From contig NW_021829853.1 in NCBI RefSeq assembly GCF_006345805.1, positions 62,001 to 126,000 on the forward strand: a stretch of 64,000 bases of DNA, in the 5' to 3' direction. This document shows positions 53,858-64,000 of the stretch, in pieces (the stretch's first letter is position 1; each line of letters begins with the position of its first letter). The DNA is from Octopus sinensis. Lineage: Eukaryota. A program made the position numbers and the translations under genes. The notes beneath the pieces were generated by a model. The model had not been told where the DNA came from. It was given only the letters and a program-made list of their open reading frames with translations, and searched no databases.

Positions 53858-53929
53858 AATAAATCACTGAATTCCAAACATATTTTCATAACTGTTAGTT
53901 TTCAAATGAATAGCTTTGTTGCTAATAAA
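53858..53929 (+). terminator. Candidate SOD1 polyadenylation signals
   Basis: AATAAA at 53858-53863 and 53924-53929, followed by T/GT-rich sequence. Confidence 0.55.
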
Positions 53930-54233
53930 GAGTGTTTCTTAATTTATCATTTTCTTCTTTTAATGTCTGGTGGGTTTTGGGGTTTTTTGCAGGTTTGGCT
54001 CAACATGCTCATTTAACATCCATTTGCCATGCTGGCATGGGTTGGACACTTTGGCACGGAGCTGGCCAAACTCCAATTGTCTGTGGCATTTTTTCTACAG
54101 ATAGATGCCCTTCCTAATACCATCAAATTCTTCCTCTGCAACAATACCCCATACATTAGTTTGATCTTAGACACTCGTTCAAACAGTATTAACATGCCTG
54201 GGGATTCAGGTTCTTATCAAACCTTACTAAAAG

Positions 54234-54624
54234 TCTATATATATATATATATAAAGCTGAAGTTGTCTGTGTATGGCAGGTTTGGTAGCCTTCAACTAAC
54301 ACTATCTCCTCTGAGACCCTGCTGCGCAAGTTGACCAAAATTGACAGTATTATAGAAGAAAGCTTGCTCTTCATTCCGTAGAAGAAAAAATTCAAATCGG
54401 ACCATGTTAACATCAAAAACGTGCTTTTTTTTTTTTTTCTATGAAAATCCCTATTTTTTAATGATTTTTTTTACTGCTGTGTTGCCATTTTTCGGTGCAT
54501 TTCAACCAGAAAAATGTTCACTGAAAGAGAATAACAAGCTACATACTGCAAAATTTTTACTTTTCAAAAATTCCAATTCTAAAGGGTCGAAATAAACCCG
54601 AGCAACGCTGGGTGATACTGCTAG
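54234..54624 (+). mobile_element. Non-autonomous Helitron, same family as 47724-48099
   Basis: TC(TA)n start, highly similar body, cccgagcaacgctggg hairpin and CTAG end. Confidence 0.8.
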
Positions 54625-55518
54625 TTACAAGAAACATCTAAGTTGGAACAACCTCAAAAACTCAGATCTAACAGTATGACACTTTTGTCAGCCACGTAAT
54701 ACTGTGTTCAGCATTTTCACAGGTAGTATTGCACACCGAATGCAGTATATTTTATGTTCATTTTCAACTTGCTGGCATGGGTTGGGTGAGTCCACACCTT
54801 GCTACACACAACTCTTATCATCTGGCACACACAGCAAATGCCAACCTCTGACTGGATATATTTTACCATGCTGCCCCACCAGCTCTTGAACTTGTCTCCA
54901 ACTAAAAAATGTGTTGTCATTATTTTACATAAATATCTAGTAAAAGCACCATTTAATAATTCTTTGTAGGAATTATACCCCACCCTGCCACAACATTTGA
55001 ATGACTGCTGATGAGGTTGAACACTTAACATAGTCCTTGTCAGAGTTTCATTGTACTAGAGATGATCATAGCACCAAACTACACACCACATTGCAATGTT
55101 TCTGTTCAAGAATAACAAAGTTCCAAGAATATTCCTAATGTATTAGACTTACGCTGCACCTGACCAAAACGGGGTAGTCCCTTGTTTACTAAGGCTTTTT
55201 ACACTCAAACTAATAAATACAACGTAAACCTTCATGACACACAAATCAACATTTACTCCCGGCCTGACAAATAGGCTTTTCTCTGCATCTGATTATTAAC
55301 TGTGTAACCTGAAAGCATAGTCTTCTCTTGCTACACCATCCTTAAAATAAATTTTTAAAAAAAAAAACAAAAAAAAATCAAGCCCCTTCTGAAATGCTGT
55401 TTCTGTTGAAATAGCATTTCAGTTAATTTTGAAATTTATTGAGAATATGAAGGATTTAGTCAAAGTTTCTATTAAATAGTATTTAGAATTAGAAAATTAC
55501 AAGAGATATTCAGCAACA

Positions 55519-55770
55519 GTACTTTGGAGTAAAGATTGTTCGCCAACATAACATGGCTGTCCTGGTTTAGGACAAATGTTGCTGTAATTTAGCCCCAGGA
55601 GACATCGTCTCTGGCTGGCTATACGACACTATCTGTGTCCTTATATTTTCGAACATACAAGGACCGTATAACCAGCTGGAGACGATGTCTCCTGGGGCTA
55701 AATTACAGCAACATTCGTCCTAAACCAGGACTGCAATGTTATGTTGGCAAACAATCTTTACTCCAAAGTA
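55519..55770. repeat. ~105-bp inverted repeat pair (fold-back element)
   Basis: tactttggagtaaagattgtt...gctatacg is mirrored by cgtataaccagctggagacg...ctccaaagta across a ~40-nt spacer. Confidence 0.85.
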
Positions 55771-58010
55771 TTTAAGTCTTGAAAAATGGTTAGTTTCGTA
55801 TTTATAAATGCTTTCTAAACTTGACTTTAGTAGAGAAGAACCAGAAATGGTTAAGCACCACCAATTTTCCTCCCTTCACAGCTTACATTGTCCACTCTTT
55901 AAACTCTGTTTTCCAAACACCAGCAGAAACATTAACCAATTCTTGCAACAATCTCTACCAATGACATTTTGTCTCAACATTCAGAACAAAACATTTGTCC
56001 TCATCTTGTTTGTTGTTAACACGTTTCGGTTGATATATACCCTCCAGCCTTCATCATGTGTCTTGGGGAAAATTCAAACCTGGGTTCTCATTCCTAAGGT
56101 ATTTTTTGATATTATTATTATTCAGGTCACTGCCTCGAATCGAACCTTAGGAATGAGAACCCAGGTTCGAAATTTCCCCAAAACACTGAAGGCTGGAAGG
56201 TATATCAACTGAAACGTTAACAAACAAGATGAGGACAAATATCCGTCAAATGTAAATAATTGCTCATCTCTTAAATATACAACTGTATTTAGAACAATAT
56301 TTTTAACCAAAACGACTGGAATGTTTCCATTTCATCAGTTTGTAGGAATCTGTTTGACAGGGCATACAGAATAGATAATTGGTTGTAGTGAAATCATTGA
56401 CCATAAATACGAAAGCAGATTTGAAATGGGGTCAAGACTTGTTTCTAGTAACCACCAATGCCAGTTGCTCTTAATGTTGGCACCAAAACCAAAATGCATC
56501 AGTTGCAAATTTTGGAAAAATCTGAACAAGTAACTGCATCAATTATTAGAATTAATATTTTCAAAAGTTTTTAAATAAAATTAGAATGAAATTTCATTAA
56601 CCACAACAAAACTAAACTACAAATCAGTTCATAATTTAATCAATTATTATTGAGGCATTGTTTTATAGCCTGGCCACTTTCCTGTTGCTGAACTGTAACT
56701 TTTTTTTATTATTCAGTAAAGGCTCTTATTTCACCTGCTTTGTAAGGTGAGAAAATGATATTGATTGTTGTTTGGTAACTTTTTTTCCTCCTCAAAAGTG
56801 CAAATGTAAAAGTAACAAAATAACTCCAACTTAAAAAGCATCTCGCAGCAAAAAGTTGAAATGCTACAAAATGAAGTAGAATCTGGTATTTGATTTAATC
56901 CCTGTGGCCCCGGTCAGTGAGAAACTACTTCCTTTAACATTGTATGGTATGTAAAGGAACAAGGACAAACCACTTACTAAGCAGACTTTTTTTTTTTAGA
57001 CAAAACCCAATAGATTTATTATCTTAAATATGTGTAAAAGAAAGATGTTTATGATGAAAATGAAAGGAAAAGTTCGCTTTGTTCAAGTATTTCAGGAAAT
57101 AATTTCACACTGCTGAACTGAATCTCTTTTACATGGATGTAAACCAATGTTAAGAATGGGATAGCTCTGTTTGTTTCCATGGCAGTGGAAGAGAGAAATG
57201 TCTCATCACCCAGTAAATGTTACAATGACAAACATCGCTATTGTATGATGTCTGCAATTAAAGGATAGAAAGAATATGGTATTTCTGGTTCTGTCTCCAT
57301 GACAACAGCAGAGGGAGGAGTGTGTGATCTAAATAATATCCCACTGACAATAGCAGTTATTGTCCGAGTGTAATCAAAGGGAGACAGAAAGGCACAGAAG
57401 TCCTGGTTGCCCATCGAGCATCATAGAGTGGATGACAGATTAGTTTTTTGTTGAGAGGGGAAGAGGTTTATTAAACTGGAGTAAATAACCAAAAAAACAA
57501 TGGAGTTCTTTCTAGCTGGCAGTGAATGAACAATAACAAATCAGAAGAAATTAATCTCAAGCAGATGAGAAATGAAAAAGGGTGGGTGGGTGTTTGTGTT
57601 CATGAGGATGGTTGTCGATTGAGGGAGGTTAACCCGGCCAGTCCCACCACATCAACAATGTATTATTATTTTAGTAAATACAAGACTGAACTTGCTAATA
57701 TCTTATGCATACAGTGTCTAATATCTTATATTTTTGTGGCCAGGCTGGGGCACTGCCTCAAAAATATGTCCATAATCTCAAAATCTCACAGCTAATTTTG
57801 GAGCTGAGTACTGAATGTTCTTAGATTTTTTTTTTTCCTGGCTAAAGAGAGAAGCTGCAGAAGTGATGGATGGTGGAAAAACAAAACAAATACAAAAGGA
57901 ATGAATTTATAAATTTTAATAAGAAATGTCTGTACAATGTAAGAGTCATGAAGAGATGGAGGGGGTGGGAAGAGGGGGGAACCTAAATAAAAAAAAAATT
58001 ACCACCTGTT

Positions 58011-58035
58011 CTAAGTTCTGTACCTGGAACTTGAT
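58011..58035 (-). CDS. Terminal coding exon of the RS-rich gene (R-SSSRYRT*)
   Basis: tttatttaatttcag acceptor; the phase-2 join AG+A gives Arg and continues the RS repeat; TAG at 58013-58011. Confidence 0.7.
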
Positions 58036-59454
58036 CTGAAATTAAATAAAAAGTGAAATTACATGAAATCATCGGACAAAGAAGATTTCAAATGGAAGGA
58101 CGGATATACTTAATGGATAAATCAATCAATCGACAGGAAAATACATGATGGTTTGGCATTAAATAACATGTCATTGAACAACAAGCATAAACACTATCAG
58201 CTAAAACTACTGTTTTTGAATAGATAACAAAATGGAACAAGAAAAATAAAAAGAATTTTTTTTTTTTTTTAGGAAAAAAAAAAAAAGCAAAACATAACCA
58301 CCAGTATACCTTAGTGAAATTATCAAATATACAAAATTTACAGAATATTACAAATGCTACCCATCAGCAAAGAACATCCATAGGGGTTAGGTGTTTCTTC
58401 TCTGGTCACTTTTAATATATTTAGGTGACTCCAAGAAACAAAGCAGGCAAACAGTTTCTGGAACAGTTAAGATGAAAGTTCAACACAATAGCAACACCTC
58501 CTTTAAGCCTTAAAAATCACTTTTTTTTCTCAAAGGATGTCAGTCAGTATCATATTCTTAAAGAATACAAAATAACTATAATTAAATTAGTTCTTTGTTT
58601 ACTTATTATGGGAATGTAAGTTAATTAGTTCACTAAATTTTGTTTCTCAATCTGAAAACATGTCCACATTATAATGAGTAGAATAATAAATAAATAACCG
58701 AACTTCAAATTAACATTAAATTAATGATCCCAAATATGTTCTTATTAAAGAATTTTCTCAAGGTTTTGAAATGCTATTCTCACCATAAATTTAGCAGCAA
58801 GTCCTCCCCCCCAAATAAACTAAGCAAGCACCAATTTCCTGTTACAGGAAACGACCCAGATGCATACACACAATACTAAAAGTTATAATGAAACATTCTA
58901 AGTTGGACTGAAGTAAAATATAAAATAAAGGTAGCAGGAACCATAACAGCCCAGACTCGTCTTGGATGTGTTATGGACATCTTAATGGAAAAGAAATTAG
59001 TTCTCTTGTAGAATTACTAATTATAAATGTAATCCTTGAAAATTTTATATAAATGTTCACTGTACAGACCAACAGTACACTCATATTTAATGGAGAAGAT
59101 TTTAATTAATCCATTATAATAAATCAGCTCTTTCTGTAGAAGCTGTAAATGAATGGAACCGGGTCTCTTCAAAATAGTCATATCTACCACATGGACACAG
59201 TAAAATATGACAGGTGTCAGTTATATTGACATAGGTATAAAAAAAACACTCATAAGAATTGATTTTCTTTGTAAATGTTACCCGAGAGACTGGAAGAATG
59301 TTTAGTTTCCCCCATTTAGTTCAGAAATTAAATTACTTTTAAATGTAGCAAAATTGGGGGGGGGGGGAATAGACAGGAGTGAAAGAAATTGACACAAAAA
59401 CAAAAAAACAAAACATGAAATATGTAAAATTTGATAAATGAAATGTAGCCCCAC

Positions 59455-60619
59455 CTTGATCTGGATCTAGACTTGTATTTGCCACTTGATCTCTTACCGC
59501 TTCTGTCATAATCACGTCTATCTCTTGAAGAGTACTTGTAGCGCTCTGAACGCTGTTCATACCACCGGTCATAGCTAGATTTAGTATTATGTCTTTGGCT
59601 GCTACCGTGGTCGCTGTCAGAGGATGACCGACCTCTCCTCCGCTTAGACGACTGTCGACTTTTTGAGGTAGAACTTCCTACACTACTATAGCTGCCTTCT
59701 CTCGTCGGTACCAAATCACATTCATAATATTCCTTGCTAGGTTTACGATGACCACTACGGCTACTCTGGTAGTATTTCTCATTATATTTGTCGTCAGAAA
59801 ATCTGTCCCCTCGGTGCCGTCGGTTACTACTCTCAGAACTTTCCCTGCTGTATTTCTCGGTGGTAGCGTAACGGTCAGAGCCCCGACTATGTTGACGGTC
59901 ATAACTAGCAGATTTGTAACTGTCCCGAGAGCCACTACGTCGGTATCTGTCATCGTCGTGACTACTTTTCCTCCCGCTTCCACTACGCCTCTTAGACTCA
60001 TCTTTGCTAATCTTACCCCCATCAGGGTAGTCGTGTTGTTTCGACCTCCCATCACGTTCTTTTTTCTTTAAATAACTCTGCATCTTATCATGGTGAAAGA
60101 CTTTGGCCATTTTTTTCTTCTTTTCATCAGAGCTAGAAGAACCAGATGAAGAACTTCCATCACTGCTTGACGAATCGGTCGAACTATTAGAACTGTCAGA
60201 GTCAGAATAACCTTCTCCACCGCCATCATCATCATCGTCGTCGTCATCGTCATCATCATCATCACCTCCACCACCACCACTACTACTAGAGCTGCTACTA
60301 CTACTACTGCTACTTGAACTGCTGCTACTGCCGCTGCTGCTGCTAACAGATTTTACACCAGATTTCTTACATGATTTCAAGTCCTTTTTCGATACAGTTC
60401 TTGTCTCCTTAATAAATTTTTGATTGTCTTTCCCACTGTCAGCAGATGGTTTCGACAGACTAATTTTGTCACCCAAACTTTTGTCTTCATTGTCATCAGA
60501 TCTAAGATCTTGACCAGAATTCTTGTCTTTTCTGCTTGGGATGTTATATAAGGATTTATCAAGACCACTTTCAATATTAGTTGAGGCCATCTTCTCCCGA
60601 TATGAAACAGGACTTGGCT
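59455..60619 (-). CDS. Large exon of a Ser/Asp/Arg-rich (RS-domain) nuclear or splicing-related protein; family not identified
   Basis: 1165-nt open frame between a ttctgtttcag acceptor and an AG|gtgggg donor. Poly-S, poly-D and poly-G tracts use mixed codons, followed by KKKK and an RS/RD-rich tail ending SRSRSR. ATG 60590 has a good Kozak context (aagATGG). Confidence 0.8.
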
Positions 60620-60674
60620 CTGAAACAGAAAAGAGTTTTGAGATGGGAAAGTTGGTTTAGAGCTTTATTAAATA

Positions 60675-62255
60675 CCGTAAAAACCGATGTAATTTGCACA
60701 CCTGTGTAATTTACGCAGGTGATTTTTCAGGATAAAATTTGTTAAAAAAAGCTTCTACTCATGTAAAATTTGCACCCAAAAGTTTTCAGAATTGACGATA
60801 TAGCCAAGGGAAAAAGGTTTTTCAATTTAGTTTTATTTAGCATAATTTCACTTACTTATGATTAGATTTTGTTAAATTTTCATTACATAAAAATAATTTC
60901 TGTTTAACAGGTATCACATTGAAAGCTATTAGATTACAAAATGTTTGTGTTGTTTATAATAAACCTTATTTTACATTTCTTGCCCACAAGAGATTATGTC
61001 CAATCTTTAGCATACTTCTGTATGTCTTCTCAAATCACAATCACAGGAAAAGTTGATAATTCTTATCAACAAAAACAAAGCTGATAAATATGCACAAGTG
61101 TTGCAAAATAAGTTTAATTACCAATAAACATCAGCTTGGATGACACTTTAATCAACCGACAGAGGAAGGTGACTGATCAAACTGATTATATAAACAGAAT
61201 TCTTTTCTACCTATTCTTGTCGGAACCTTTGGTAACGGAGTATCGAAATTTTAATCCCTTTCACACTTATAAGATGTCAAGCAAACTTTAAAATTTGTTA
61301 TTACCATTATTGTCAGTATGGGCAAAACTTATGAATCGTTTACTGCGTAGGAGAAATTAAATCTGTTGAATATGCATTTGAATGTGGCAATAGAGCTGCT
61401 GGGAGGCATTTAATGTTAATTAAGCCAATGTTTGAAAATGGCGTAAACAGTATGACAAACTTAAAACTGTGTTTAGTAATAAACAGACAAAAATAAAAAC
61501 ATACAATCAAGATTATCCATTATCATTACATTCTTTTTCAGTCAGGAATATCCATATGCTGCTCCATTGCGATAGGTAGAAACTCTAAGCAATGTAAAAT
61601 ATGGCCTGGACTGTGTTTACCGGCATGAACGTCAGACTTCAGGAAGTAGTTAACCATTTAATGGTTTTAGTAAATTTATACAAAGTAAGCATTATACTGC
61701 CTACCATAAATAAAAGTCAACTTCATTATACTTAAGCCATTTTTTTTTTGTAGAATCTTATTCTGACATTCATCATCATCATCGTCATTTAACGTCTGCT
61801 TTCCATGCTGGCATGGGTTGGACGGCTTGACTGAAGACTGGTGAGCAAGAAGGCTGCGCCAGGCTCCAATCTGATCTGGCAAATTTCTACAACTGGATGC
61901 CCTTCCTAATACCAACCATTCTGAGAATGTAGTGGGTGCTTTTATGTGCCACCTGCATGAGGGCCAGTCAGGTGGTTCCAGTAACGACCATGCTCAAAAG
62001 GTGTTTTTTACATACCACCTGCATGAAGGCCAGTCAAGCACTTCTGGCAACAACCATGCTCAAAATGTGTTTTTTATGTGCCACCTGTATGGGAGCCAGA
62101 GTTAACTTCTGGTACGAATATTTATATTCTGTACGTCTTTTTTCAACAAAAAAAATTTCTGGAAACGATCTACTCATATAATTTATGCACTCCATAAAGT
62201 GTATTTTTTAAATTTTTCTGAAGAAAAAGTGTGTAAATTACACGGGGTTTTACAG
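60675..62255 (+). mobile_element. pogo/Tigger-like non-autonomous DNA transposon containing a SINE insertion
   Basis: TIRs ta|ccgtaaaaaccgatgtaattt ... aaattacacggggttttacag; internal Brinker-type HTH remnant (SFTA.EKL..EYAFECGNRAAGRH...KWRKQ) at ~61335-61465. Confidence 0.7.
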
Positions 62256-62339
62256 TGTATTACATTTGGTGAGAAGTGAAAATGGAAAAAAAAAATCAGA
62301 AATTGAAGAAATAGACAGAAATGTTGTTTACATACTTAC

Positions 62340-62382
62340 CACCATACAATGTTAATAAACACACTGTTGTACAGTCACAACC
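62340..62382 (-). other. Candidate 43-nt upstream exon of the RS-rich gene (coding GCDCTTVCLLTLYG, or 5' UTR)
   Basis: tttgttgttag acceptor and a consensus G|gtaagta donor; its phase-1 end is in frame with the 60619 exon. Confidence 0.4.
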
Positions 62383-63141
62383 CTAACAACAAAGCTTACT
62401 TTCAAGATATTTATAGGAAATGAATTTTTAGGTTGTTTTTCATATTTTCCTTTTTACTAATTGCATTAGTCTTGTGTTAGAAAATTACATTTCACAGATG
62501 CAGCTATGGCTTGTAGATGGTTAAAAAGTTGACACCATAACCATATGGATTATAGTTTAGAGCTATTGCATGACACCTTGGGCAAGTGTCTCTACTACAA
62601 GTGCCTCAAACCAGCCAATAGCTTGGGAGTGAAATATGGCAGAACGAAATAGTATGAAAAGCCCCATCTCACGCATGCATGTGCGTCTGTGTACATGAGT
62701 ATGTTTACAGTTACGTGACCCCTCCTATAATGATCAATAAAATAAGATATAGCAATCAATAGAATAACTATCAGGCTGAAATGAAATATTGAAAGTTATT
62801 AAATTTTCTATGGTGTCCTGGCAAGGGTGTAGACCTTTCAGTGAACAAAGTCCAGTATTCTTTGATGAACCAAATTATTTTTAAAGTATTTTAAACAGCA
62901 TTTTCTCACTATATAGATATAATCACTGTCATTGTTTAACGTCCACTTTCCATGCTGGCATGGGTTGGACGGTTTGACTGAGAATTGGCAGGCCAGGAGG
63001 CTGCCCAGGCTCCTATCTGATTTGGCAAGGTTTCTACAGCCCTTCCTAGCGCCAACCATTCATAGAGTGTAGTGGGTGCCTTTTAAAGCACTGGCATCAG
63101 CCATGCTCAAATGGTGCTTTTTACATACCAACAGCATATAT

Positions 63142-63207
<66 letters not shown>

Positions 63208-63328
63208 AGATAGTGGTGACATTGAGACCCAAAGGTGTCAGGTAATGCTGAATAAGTGCTATAGACAGACCATAGTTAAGTTCCAGATTCAGTAATATTG
63301 CGAATAAAGGGTTCTATGTCAGCGTGTG

Positions 63329-63617
63329 TATATATGAATTTTTTGCGTAATGAGATAAAAAGCCAAGGCTGTATAGATATTAGAGCATTTATAGATAGAA
63401 GGTCTTAGAGCTGTTTCTAGAATATTAATTAATAATATTCCTTCATCGGAGACAGTGTGAGAGGAAAAATTAAGTCATATTTTTCCTCTCACACCGTCTC
63501 CGATGAAGGGATATTATTAATTAATATCCTAGAAACAGCTGTAAGACCTATCTATAAATGCTCTAATATCTATACAGCCTTGGCTTTTTATCTCATTACG
63601 CAAAAAATTCATATATA
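63329..63617. ncRNA. Divergent inverted pair of hammerhead motifs (~140-bp arms)
   Basis: + copy: gtct-CCGATGA(63500-06)-agggatatt...aatatcct-a-GAAA(63532-35)-cagct-GTA-agac. Mirror copy on -. Confidence 0.7.
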
Positions 63618-64000
63618 TATATCACAGAAAATTAGAAAGTTAATTCTGACATTCAGGATTATGGAGTTGCAGAAATCAATAAATCATAGGGCTTTAAGAG
63701 TTTTCAACACTATGAGATTTTGTTTATATATACATAGATTGGATTTATTGGTTGTATGACATAGCGAGTAACATTACTTGACAGGGTGCTCCAGCATGAC
63801 TGCAGTCCTCTGACCAAAGCCTTTAAAAGAATAGATCTGAGGGTCAATGAGTGTCTCTGGTCATGCGGCTCTCCACACTGAGAGGTCACAACTTCAGAAT
63901 TATGGATATGTGATGAGAATGTTGTGGTAAAGAATCACAAGATAGATTCTTCAAACTGAGCCAGCTGGCAGGAGATGCAGGGGTAAACCAAGAATGTGAT

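Noticed and set aside
59328-60590. The 420-aa ORF as a single-exon gene
   Set aside because: The hydrophobic tail after SRSRSR is intron read-through. A donor at 59454 and an in-phase exon at 58035 explain the true end better.

Overview
AT-rich, microsatellite- and retroposon-saturated animal genomic DNA. The repeat families and composition suggest an octopus or other coleoid cephalopod (inference). Two host genes are visible. (1) A complete 5-exon cytosolic Cu/Zn superoxide dismutase gene (SOD1, + strand, CDS 35677-53853, 154 aa, all metal ligands intact). The ORF track misses it because the exons are short. (2) The 3' part of a convergent gene on the - strand encoding a Ser/Asp/Arg-rich RS-type protein (exons about 62340-62382, 59455-60619, 58011-58035). 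The rest is transposon debris: an internally inverted R4/Dong-type RLE LINE inside (TAA)n, CR1 and RTE LINE fragments, hAT, DD37D-mariner, pogo and piggyBac relics or MITEs, a Helitron array with a PIF1 helicase fragment, and at least four SINE-like families. The most notable unannotated signal is about 10-15 type I hammerhead-ribozyme motifs from several unrelated short repeat families, often as inverted pairs, which is the signature of non-autonomous Penelope-like elements. Other signals are long fold-back structures next to SOD1 exons, a CpG-depletion step inside the SOD1 gene body, and templated inversions around (TA)n. I see no convincing evidence of a wholly new protein-coding system. 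Repeat boundaries were set by eye and are approximate; exon and ribozyme-core coordinates were counted base by base.
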